A stretch of DNA of 32,000 nucleotides. Source: Bacillus subtilis subsp. subtilis str. 168. GTDB lineage: Bacteria; Bacillota; Bacilli; Bacillales; Bacillaceae. Every line of letters begins with the position of its first letter. Position 1 is the stretch's first letter. The DNA is taken from the NCBI RefSeq assembly GCF_000009045.1, contig NC_000964.3, forward strand, positions 2,460,001 through 2,492,000, in the 5' to 3' direction. The notes under the pieces were generated by a model. The model was not told the origin of the DNA. It saw nothing but the letters and a program-made list of their open reading frames with translations, and searched no databases. The position numbers and the translations under genes are program-made. Positions 1-6,720 of this stretch are shown here, piece after piece.

Positions 1-246
1 TTCGAGGAACTGACAAATGCCCGTAAGGCAATGGAGGAAGTGGCTCCCGATCTTTCCATGACAGAAAAGTCGCTGCAGTATCTGCTAGCACAGCCGGCTG
101 TCGCTTCAGTGATTACAGGCGCCAGTAAGATTGAGCAGTTACGGGAAAATATTCAGGCAGCAAATGCACGGCGTTTAACCGAAGAGGAAATCAAAGCGCT
201 CCAATCTCATACGAAACAAGACATTTACAAAGCTCATCGCTCATAG
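1..246 (+). CDS. yqkF: 3' end of an aldo/keto reductase gene (5' part lies outside the window)
   Basis: Frame 1 is open from base 1 to TAG 244-246. The C-terminal sequence is AKR-like (QPAVASVITGASKIEQLRENIQA). A hairpin terminator follows. Symbol from remembered gene order. Confidence 0.8.
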   Translation, partial: FEELTNARKAMEEVAPDLSMTEKSLQYLLAQPAVASVITGASKIEQLRENIQAANARRLTEEEIKALQSHTKQDIYKAHRS

Positions 247-250
247 CAGA

Positions 251-285
251 AAAACCAGCACCTGTACGGGTGCTGGTTTATTTAT
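251..285. terminator. Bidirectional intrinsic terminator between convergent yqkF and yqkE
   Basis: Stem ACCAGCACC (254-262) pairs with GGTGCTGGT (269-277). An A-run lies 5' and TTTATTTAT lies 3', so U-tracts are available on both strands. Confidence 0.7.
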
Positions 286-502
286 ATTGATGCCAATCCA
301 TTTGGCTTTCATTTAGGAGTTCTTCAAAGCTCTTATTTTTTTCGATCTCTTTTTTCTTTCTAATCTGTTCTGCTTTTTCTCTTTTCTGCCTCTTTTCATC
401 CTCTTCCTTCAATTGGCTCTTCATCTCCATAAGCTTTGCTTTGATATCGGATTGAAGGCCGTCTTTTAGCTGGTGTTTGTCAATGGATTTTTGTTTTTTC
501 AT
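278..502 (-). CDS. yqkE: Small, highly charged Lys/Glu-rich protein of unknown function (74 aa)
   Basis: The track ORF is 278-625. I trimmed it to ATG 502 because GGGGGAAG (508-516 on the + strand as CTTCCCCC) sits 5 nt upstream. The upstream extension has no SD. Confidence 0.7.
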   Translation of the reverse strand: MKKQKSIDKHQLKDGLQSDIKAKLMEMKSQLKEEDEKRQKREKAEQIRKKKEIEKNKSFEELLNESQMDWHQYK

Positions 503-584
503 GCAGACTTCCCCCATGTTTTGTTTTGAAGCCAGTTTATCACGGAGCATATAAACTGAACAAGCAGACTCTCTTCTGATCACT

Positions 585-613
585 TTCTCAGCGTAGCAGT
601 GTTTAGGTATAAT
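585..613 (+). promoter_or_regulatory. Candidate sigma-A promoter for yqkD
   Basis: TTCTCA (585-590), 17 nt spacer, TATAAT (608-613), about 50 nt upstream of the yqkD start. Confidence 0.45.
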
Positions 614-663
614 GATCTTAAACACGAATTGCCTATATATTTCGTTGAAAGGTGCTGTGACTT

Positions 664-1581
664 TTGAAGAAAATCCTTTTGGCCATTGGCGCGCTCGTAA
701 CAGCTGTCATCGCAATCGGAATTGTTTTTTCACATATGATTCTATTCATCAAGAAAAAAACGGATGAAGACATTATCAAAAGAGAGACAGACAACGGACA
801 TGATGTGTTTGAATCATTTGAACAAATGGAGAAAACCGCTTTTGTGATACCCTCCGCTTACGGGTACGACATAAAAGGATACCATGTCGCACCGCATGAC
901 ACACCAAATACCATCATCATCTGCCACGGGGTGACGATGAATGTACTGAATTCTCTTAAGTATATGCATTTATTTCTAGATCTCGGCTGGAATGTGCTCA
1001 TTTATGACCATCGCCGGCATGGCCAAAGCGGCGGAAAGACGACCAGCTACGGGTTTTACGAAAAGGATGATCTCAATAAGGTTGTCAGCTTGCTCAAAAA
1101 CAAAACAAATCATCGCGGATTGATCGGAATTCATGGTGAGTCGATGGGGGCCGTGACCGCCCTGCTTTATGCTGGTGCACACTGCAGCGATGGCGCTGAT
1201 TTTTATATTGCCGATTGTCCGTTCGCATGTTTTGATGAACAGCTTGCCTATCGGCTGAGAGCGGAATACAGGCTCCCGTCTTGGCCCCTGCTTCCTATCG
1301 CCGACTTCTTTTTGAAGCTGAGGGGAGGCTATCGCGCACGTGAAGTATCTCCGCTTGCTGTCATTGATAAAATTGAAAAGCCGGTCCTCTTTATTCACAG
1401 TAAGGATGATGACTACATTCCTGTTTCTTCAACCGAGCGGCTTTATGAAAAGAAACGCGGTCCGAAAGCGCTGTACATTGCCGAGAACGGTGAACACGCC
1501 ATGTCATATACCAAAAATCGGCATACGTACCGAAAAACAGTGCAGGAGTTTTTAGACAACATGAATGATTCAACAGAATAA
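664..1581 (+). CDS. yqkD: Membrane-anchored alpha/beta-hydrolase (serine esterase or peptidase fold)
   Basis: TTG start with SD GAAAGGTG at 647-654. There is an N-terminal TM helix, a GESMG nucleophile elbow, and late Asp/His residues typical of the fold. Confidence 0.9.
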   Translation: MKKILLAIGALVTAVIAIGIVFSHMILFIKKKTDEDIIKRETDNGHDVFESFEQMEKTAFVIPSAYGYDIKGYHVAPHDTPNTIIICHGVTMNVLNSLKYMHLFLDLGWNVLIYDHRRHGQSGGKTTSYGFYEKDDLNKVVSLLKNKTNHRGLIGIHGESMGAVTALLYAGAHCSDGADFYIADCPFACFDEQLAYRLRAEYRLPSWPLLPIADFFLKLRGGYRAREVSPLAVIDKIEKPVLFIHSKDDDYIPVSSTERLYEKKRGPKALYIAENGEHAMSYTKNRHTYRKTVQEFLDNMNDSTE

Positions 1582-1618
1582 AAAAGCGAAAGGCCTCTTC
1601 GGCTCTTTCGCTTTTTTA
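1582..1618. terminator. Bidirectional intrinsic terminator between yqkD and yqkC
   Basis: AAAAAGCGAAAG (1581-1592) pairs with CTTTCGCTTTTT (1605-1616), with loop GCCTCTTCGGCT. A/T runs lie on both sides. Confidence 0.8.
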
Positions 1619-1620
1619 TG

Positions 1621-1860
1621 TTACAGAACGTCGGTAATGCCATCCATATTTTCTCTGATCCATTCAATCGCAAGATCTATCGTTGTAAACTCCTGCGTCT
1701 CGAAGGTCATTTCATCCTGCAATAGCCAGACATCTTTCTTGATGGACTCTGCTCCTCCGATTGACCAGTGAAGCAAGGTATAAGGATGGTTTTGATTCAG
1801 GAAGGATACCCACGTTTTATTTTGTGCTGTGTTCTTCATTGCCTTCAGCTTTTGTTCCAC
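1621..1860 (-). CDS. yqkC: Small protein of unknown function (79 aa), last gene of the yqjY-yqkC cluster
   Basis: GTG start at 1860. The SD AGGAGA (1869-1874) overlaps the yqkB stop codon. The terminator lies directly downstream. Confidence 0.75.
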
Positions 1861-1872
1861 GTTTCGCGTCTC

Positions 1873-2196
1873 CTACTTTACTAATATGCTCATTCTGGGG
1901 CTGAGCATTTCAGCCGGGCTTTTCAGCGCCAATGTTTTGGCTTTTTCATTGTAATCGATCGTCATTTGATCGTCAAAAAACACTTTTTGCGACGATTGGA
2001 TATACAGCGGAATGCCGTTCGTTTCCAGCTGCTCGCACTGTCCCGTTAATTCTTCTGCCAGCCAGATTGTCGGGACACCGCTTACCGCGCAGCCGCATCC
2101 TTCTGCATCGTAACGAAGCTGGGCTTTTTTTCCCGGGTTGGCGTCAAACGCCTGCTGCAGTGCCTGTTTTGCTGCATCTGTCACATGTATGTTCAT
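1873..2196 (-). CDS. yqkB: HesB/IscA-fold protein (Fe-S cluster insertion-like domain, lacking the C-terminal CGC motif)
   Basis: 107-aa ORF. Its ATG overlaps the yqkA stop (ATGA, 2193-2196). Internal EGCGC motif. Confidence 0.85.
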   Translation of the reverse strand: MNIHVTDAAKQALQQAFDANPGKKAQLRYDAEGCGCAVSGVPTIWLAEELTGQCEQLETNGIPLYIQSSQKVFFDDQMTIDYNEKAKTLALKSPAEMLSPRMSILVK

Positions 2197-3224
2197 AAGG
2201 TGAAACCCCCGTTTTCATCATTTTCGCTATTGTAGCATACAATACTGCCATTCGCATTGTTTCTGCCTTTTTTCCACCGCTTCGCATTTTCTTCTGCAGT
2301 CTTGATCCACTCATCTTTCCCTTGTATATACTGATTGATGCTGTCAGGGTGCTGGGCCGCCAGCTGTTTTTTGAGAACGGCGTATTCTTTCGCTATGTTT
2401 GGATGAGCTCTGAGATAATCTCTGAATAACAGATGCCTTTCAATAGCAGGGTTTCCCTGTTCGTACATATGGACATGATGAGTGCGTTTATTTCCGCCCT
2501 TTTGGAAATAACGCCTGCCCGCTATACCGTTCTCACCTTTTGGTGTATAGCCGTTGGCCTTCATTTGTTCATCAAATTGGCTCACGGCTTCAATGCTTCT
2601 GACTTCAATTAACATATCAATGATTGGCTTCGCTGCCATGTTAGGTATTGATGTGCTTCCGATGTGATGAATAGCGATAATCTCCGGCCCGAACACAAGT
2701 TTCAGCCGTTCTTTTTCTTCATCGAAACATTCTGCCCATTTTTCGTTGTAGAGAATGATCTCAACTTTTCTTTTCGGATACAAATGAAAGACCGACAGCA
2801 ATAGACCCTGCGCTGCTTTGACGGTTTCTGCCTTTTGGAATCCGGCCTGTGTATAGAGTGACACAGCCGGGGTATTGTTCTCGGCTGTGACTACTTCGAT
2901 TTTCTCAGCGTCTTCATTATGATCAATGACAAATTGCAGAAGCGCTCGTCCAATTCCTTTTCTGAAACCGTCAGGATGCACAACAAGCCTGCAAATGGTG
3001 AGATAATGCATGTTTTTCTCATATGAAATGACACCGATCAGCTTGCCGTTTTTCCGATATCCCGCAAACCGTTCATGGGATGCTTGAATATCCTTTACCT
3101 TCTCTTGTAAAGCGGGAATACCGTCAAAACCGATAATCTCTGTTTCCTTTATGTAGGCGGGGATCTGTACGGCTAAAATCTCACGCGCTATAGTGGCTTC
3201 CTTATGCTGGAGAAATTCAATCAT
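2193..3224 (-). CDS. yqkA: Two-domain protein: N-terminal GNAT acetyltransferase fused to a C-terminal GrpB/UPF0157 (nucleotidyltransferase-fold) domain
   Basis: The track ORF is 2193-3404. I trimmed it to ATG 3224 (343 aa) because AGGAGA (3231-3236) lies 6 nt upstream and the longer form would overlap yqjZ by 188 nt. GNAT motif RKGIGRALL; GrpB-like HHIGSTSIP...KPIIDM. Confidence 0.85.
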   Translation of the reverse strand: MIEFLQHKEATIAREILAVQIPAYIKETEIIGFDGIPALQEKVKDIQASHERFAGYRKNGKLIGVISYEKNMHYLTICRLVVHPDGFRKGIGRALLQFVIDHNEDAEKIEVVTAENNTPAVSLYTQAGFQKAETVKAAQGLLLSVFHLYPKRKVEIILYNEKWAECFDEEKERLKLVFGPEIIAIHHIGSTSIPNMAAKPIIDMLIEVRSIEAVSQFDEQMKANGYTPKGENGIAGRRYFQKGGNKRTHHVHMYEQGNPAIERHLLFRDYLRAHPNIAKEYAVLKKQLAAQHPDSINQYIQGKDEWIKTAEENAKRWKKGRNNANGSIVCYNSENDENGGFTL

Positions 3225-3561
3225 TCGTGTTCTCCTGAAACAGCCGCTGTCTGTCGACTTTTGCGACGCGGACTGCATACGACTCGTACCAAACGCTTCT
3301 TCCTTTTTCTTTTGCTGCTTGATGTTCAGTGTGATGCCTCCAATGGTTAATTGCGTCCATACTGTCCCAATAGGAAACTGTGATGCCCCTTCCATCCGCT
3401 TCACGTACGCTTTCCACGCCTAAAAATCCAGGCTGATCCGCCGCAAGTGATACCATCCGCTCCGCTGTTTCTCCATATCCTGTGTCATTTTCGCTTTTGA
3501 CAGAAGAAAAAATGACTGCATAGTAAGGAGGCTCAGGTGTTTTTGATAAAAAATCCATCAT
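3217..3561 (-). CDS. yqjZ: ABM-type (antibiotic biosynthesis monooxygenase-like) small protein
   Basis: 114-aa ORF. The SD GAGGGGG overlaps the yqjY stop. The stop overlaps the yqkA start (ATGATTGA). ABM-like pattern YWDSMDAINHWRHHTEHQ. Confidence 0.8.
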   Translation of the reverse strand: MMDFLSKTPEPPYYAVIFSSVKSENDTGYGETAERMVSLAADQPGFLGVESVREADGRGITVSYWDSMDAINHWRHHTEHQAAKEKGRSVWYESYAVRVAKVDRQRLFQENTND

Positions 3562-3570
3562 ATTTCCCCC

Positions 3571-4041
3571 TCATATGTTTTTGACAAATAGTACCCTGTC
3601 TTGGCCCGGGCCATCATAGTTTGCAAACACTGAGATGCCATTTACCGTTTTGGTGCCCTTTTCAATATCAAACCCCAATTTTGTGTGATATGCGATTGAT
3701 ACCTTATTCACAGGTGAAGTGACACACTTCACCCGGGTGCAGCCCCTTTGTTTTACTGTTTCGATAAATACATCATACAATTGTTTCCCAATTTGCATTT
3801 TTCTGAAATCCGGATGCACACCGGAAAAATGAATGTACGCCGTTTCAGGATCGGATTGCGATTGAAATCCGATTAAAAATCCCGTCATGCTGTTATGTTC
3901 GGATGTAATAAAGCTTGTGTCCTGAAAATGCTCAAAAAATAGTCTCGGCAATTTTTCTTTCAGCTGTCTGCCGCCCCACCATTCATTCAGTACAGACGTT
4001 ACCATTTCATAATCTGAAGACGTGATTGTTCGAATATCCAT
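3571..4041 (-). CDS. yqjY: GNAT-family N-acetyltransferase
   Basis: 156-aa ORF with SD GGAGGGAG upstream. GNAT core [12 protein letters not shown]. Confidence 0.9.
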
Positions 4042-4103
4042 TACGATTTGATCTCCCTCCGTCTGGCAAAACGAATGTCAGCTCTTTTTCTCACAATATA
4101 AAA

Positions 4104-4131
4104 ATTATATTTTGCCTGGCTGGAATTGTAA
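4104..4131 (-). promoter_or_regulatory. Candidate sigma-A promoter of the yqjY-yqjZ-yqkA-yqkB-yqkC cluster
   Basis: On the minus strand: TTACAA (4131-4126), 16 nt spacer, TATAAT (4109-4104). An AT-rich 7-3-7 palindrome AATATAA-AAA-TTATATT (4095-4111) overlaps the -10. Confidence 0.5.
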
Positions 4132-4226
4132 ATGCCTTCTTTCCTGTATCATACGTTTCCAGACTGCCGAGGGAACAATGTTTGATCATTTTACGCCTAT
4201 TTCTCCCCCAAACAGGAGGAGAGACT

Positions 4227-4565
4227 TTACAGCACAATATCAAGCACTTGATCAAGTTTCAGCTTATAAAGCTGATCCTCGTCTCCTTTTATCCATACTG
4301 CTTTTTCAAACTCTTCATACCGGCAGATTTTCCCGGTGCAGCAGACAATCTCACCGTCCTGAAAGCAGCTGACAGTGATATCCTGAGCAAACTCCATCGC
4401 GGCGCAAAGCGTTTGATTCATCTCTTCCAGCTTATCGGGGTCAAGGATCGGCTTTTGCAGCTTCTGTTTAAGTCGCTTTCTCTCCAGCAGGCTTTGCTTA
4501 TGTTCCGGCAGAAACATCCTGCTCCCTTCCCACAGCAGGTTGCCCCTTTTTAAATGGTCGTTCAT
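4227..4565 (-). CDS. yqjX: YolD-like protein, accessory gene of the Y-family polymerase operon
   Basis: 112-aa ORF. Its ATG overlaps the polY2 stop (ATGA, 4562-4565), indicating translational coupling. Confidence 0.85.
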   Translation of the reverse strand: MNDHLKRGNLLWEGSRMFLPEHKQSLLERKRLKQKLQKPILDPDKLEEMNQTLCAAMEFAQDITVSCFQDGEIVCCTGKICRYEEFEKAVWIKGDEDQLYKLKLDQVLDIVL

Positions 4566-5800
4566 TTATAATGCCCCCCTATTTTAGCCGCACGTTCAAA
4601 TGCCTGGCCTGCCGCTGTCAGTGACGCCGCCCTGATGATTGCTGTATCGCCGAATCGATTTTTAATGCCATCCATCACATAGCCTAGGCTCATTTTCTTT
4701 GCATAATCCTGAAATAAATTGAGCTGCCATATGTCATCAGATGAGAGCTGAGACAGATTGACACCGAGGCGGCGGACGGGTTTCCCGTCCCAAAATGTAA
4801 GAAACAGCCGTCGTACAGCCTCATATACATCCTGCGTAGAATTAGTCGGCTCTGCCAGCTTCACTTGCCGGTTGAAGCCCGTCGGCCAATCAAAATCAGC
4901 ACCCCGGCAGCTCACTGACACTGTCTGCCCCATGACCCCGGCGTTTCGGCTTCGCCTGCACACCTCTTCACTCAGCTCAAGCAATACGACCTTGATTTCT
5001 TTGTCAAAGTGTTCGTAGTCTCTCGGGAGAGTCATTCCATGACCTATCGCCTTTTGCCCGTCCAGAGACGAAGTTGACACAGGGGAATAGTCGATTCCGT
5101 TTGCCGTCATCCACAGCACGTGGCCGTTAATGCCCCATTTCTTTTTTAAAAGATCGAGCGGAAAAGCCGCGAGCCCGCCGATCGTGCTGATGCCCATTCG
5201 ATTTAAATGATGCTTCATGCGGCTCCCGACGCCAAACATGCTGCCCACCGGGAGCGGCCACATTTCGGTTTTCATATTTTCTTTCGTTAAGGTAAAAATA
5301 CCGTTCTTATTCTTTTTGGCAAAATTGTCACACGCAATTTTGGCCAGCGCTTTGTTAGGGCCGATTCCGACCCGTGCATAAACGCCGATCTCCCGCATGA
5401 TTCTGCCCTGAATGCTTTTCGCGATCTCCATCGGCGTCCCAAACAGCTTCTGGCTGCCTGTAATGTCCATGAACTGTTCATCGATGGAATACGGCTCCAC
5501 AAGGTCTGTATACTCCTCGAGAATGGCCGTAATTTGCAGTGATACATCAATATACCGCTGCATACGCGGCCGGAGCACAACAGCCTCAGGACACTTTTCC
5601 TGCGCCTCCCACAGCCGTGAAGCATTCACCACACCCTTTTGTTTCGCCAGCGGGCAGGCAGCCAATACGACTCCGCCCCTTTTTTCAGGGTCACCCGAAA
5701 CAATGACGGGCCTATTTTTCAAATGTGGATTTTCCGCTTTCTCTACAGATGCATAAAACGATTGCATGTCAACGAGAAAAATCACTTTTTCTTTCATCAT
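4562..5800 (-). CDS. polY2: Y-family translesion DNA polymerase (UmuC/DinB-like)
   Basis: The track ORF is 4562-6010. I trimmed it to ATG 5800 (412 aa; ATG 5797 is equally possible) because SD AGAGGTG lies at 5804-5810. Motifs DMQSFYASVE and SIDEQF. The LexA boxes lie inside the rejected extension. Confidence 0.9.
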   Translation of the reverse strand: MMKEKVIFLVDMQSFYASVEKAENPHLKNRPVIVSGDPEKRGGVVLAACPLAKQKGVVNASRLWEAQEKCPEAVVLRPRMQRYIDVSLQITAILEEYTDLVEPYSIDEQFMDITGSQKLFGTPMEIAKSIQGRIMREIGVYARVGIGPNKALAKIACDNFAKKNKNGIFTLTKENMKTEMWPLPVGSMFGVGSRMKHHLNRMGISTIGGLAAFPLDLLKKKWGINGHVLWMTANGIDYSPVSTSSLDGQKAIGHGMTLPRDYEHFDKEIKVVLLELSEEVCRRSRNAGVMGQTVSVSCRGADFDWPTGFNRQVKLAEPTNSTQDVYEAVRRLFLTFWDGKPVRRLGVNLSQLSSDDIWQLNLFQDYAKKMSLGYVMDGIKNRFGDTAIIRAASLTAAGQAFERAAKIGGHYK

Positions 5801-5814
5801 ACACACCTCTAAAA

Positions 5815-5828
5815 AGAACTTATGTTCG
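5815..5828. promoter_or_regulatory. LexA (SOS/Cheo) box 1
   Basis: AGAAC-TTAT-GTTCG fits GAAC-N4-GTTC exactly. It lies between the -10 and the polY2 SD. Confidence 0.8.
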
Positions 5829-5834
5829 CTTTTC

Positions 5835-5840
5835 ATTATA
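5835..5840 (-). promoter_or_regulatory. -10 hexamer of the polY2-yqjX promoter
   Basis: TATAAT on the minus strand, flanked on both sides by the LexA boxes. The -35 region is poor (TATAAA). Confidence 0.5.
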
Positions 5841-5842
5841 TG

Positions 5843-5856
5843 CGAAAGTATGTTCG
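5843..5856. promoter_or_regulatory. LexA (SOS/Cheo) box 2
   Basis: CGAAA-GTAT-GTTCG has one mismatch to CGAAC-N4-GTTCG. It occupies the spacer/-35 region of the polY2 promoter. Confidence 0.7.
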
Positions 5857-5906
5857 TTTTATACTGGTAAATGATTCTTGTCTGACAGAAAATATGATCC
5901 AAGGGT

Positions 5907-5934
5907 TTGAGAGAAGAAAAACATTTAGTAGAAT
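5907..5934 (+). promoter_or_regulatory. Candidate sigma-A promoter for yqzH
   Basis: TTGAGA (5907-5912), 16 nt spacer, TAGAAT (5929-5934), about 30 nt upstream of the yqzH start. Confidence 0.35.
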
Positions 5935-5965
5935 AAAAGCGAAGCATAAGGATAGGAGAGTCATG

Positions 5966-6172
5966 ATGGAGAAATTTGTCGAAAAAATGCTGGGACAGGC
6001 ATTGCGGCAATACGGCAGAAACGTTGCTATAGATCCGTTAAGCCCGTATGAAAAACAAAGCCTGAAAGCGGCTCTACAAGAGAGACGGAATGAAGAACCA
6101 GATGAGGATTTGCATGCGCATATAGAAGATATCATTTATGACTATGTCACAAACCAAGGCCTGTTCTCTTAA
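5966..6172 (+). CDS. yqzH: Small acidic protein of unknown function (68 aa), divergent from polY2
   Basis: The track ORF is 5822-6172. I trimmed it to ATG 5966 (or 5963) because SD GGAGAG lies at 5955-5960. The longer form would start inside LexA box 1. Confidence 0.6.
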   Translation: MEKFVEKMLGQALRQYGRNVAIDPLSPYEKQSLKAALQERRNEEPDEDLHAHIEDIIYDYVTNQGLFS

Positions 6173-6720
6173 ACGCATGACTGTCAGTTCTTTCAGCCGC
6201 TGATGCGGCTTCCCTTTGAAAACACCGCCTGAAACAAATAAACAGTCTCAGGCTTACAGAAAAAAAGCAGGATTTTCTCACGCTCCATAGATTCATATGG
6301 CCTGGCGTAAAATTCCCCTCAATGCTCGCGCAAAACGGAATAAGCTGTCCATGATCACGCGTATACACTTTTTCGAAGAGATGTGCTCTCTTGTTCTGTC
6401 ATGCGGTCCATGCCGGTTTTCAGCGTACATCTTGATCTCATAGCCGGTTTCACTGCCGATATGATCCACGTTCTGGCGGCTTAAACTAACACACCCTCAC
6501 TGACCAATCGCTTTGCTTTTCATCGGACATCCCGTCATTTTCCTTCTTTCAAGATGTAAACTCCGTCAGCCACACGCATCCTCAACGCATAGTATATTGC
6601 CATCCATACAATCAGGCATACTACATGTCAATAACGAAATATTTTGAACGATCTATTGGAGAAGGAAATTTTTTCATATATGATAGAGAAAGATCATACA
6701 TACAGGAGAGAATATAATTC

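Noticed and set aside
976-1398. 140-aa antisense ORF inside yqkD. Similar antisense ORFs lie at 1340-1555, 1391-1573, 1443-1673 and 1565-1771.
   Set aside because: They are embedded opposite or out of frame in a well-supported hydrolase gene or its terminator, lack an SD and have low-complexity or odd composition.
2193-3404. The 403-aa version of yqkA in the ORF track.
   Set aside because: The extra 60 codons overlap yqjZ by 188 nt and have no SD. The internal ATG at 3224 has AGGAGA upstream and the typical ATGATTGA coupling overlap.
4116-4190. 32-codon minus-strand ORF (MIKHCSLGSLETYDTGKKAFTIPARQNIIFIL) between yqjX and yqjY. Coordinates are approximate.
   Set aside because: The nearest SD-like string (GGGGGAG) is 13 nt away. 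The ORF runs across the yqjY promoter hexamers, and nothing in its composition suggests a real peptide.
4202-4222. Hairpin UCUCCUCC-UGUUU-GGGGGAGA right after the yqjX stop, considered as an operon terminator.
   Set aside because: No U-tract follows it (AAUAGGCG), so it is not a canonical intrinsic terminator. It may only be an RNA-stabilising 3' structure.
4026-4553. 175-aa plus-strand ORF spanning the yqjY-yqjX gap and lying antisense to yqjX. The 86-aa ORF at 4112-4372 is similar.
   Set aside because: No SD is present. They lie antisense to a coupled operon gene and cross the promoter region. The sequence is Leu/Phe-rich, as is typical of antisense frames.
4562-6010. The 482-aa version of polY2.
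   Set aside because: The extension runs through both LexA boxes, the -10 and the SD. The conserved polymerase N-terminus (VIFLVDMQSFYASVE) begins right after ATG 5800.
6147-6368. 73-aa minus-strand ORF in the yqzH-yqjV gap.
   Set aside because: It has a GTG start without an SD, overlaps the yqzH 3' end and has no recognisable family. It is treated as part of a possible decayed region, not as a gene.
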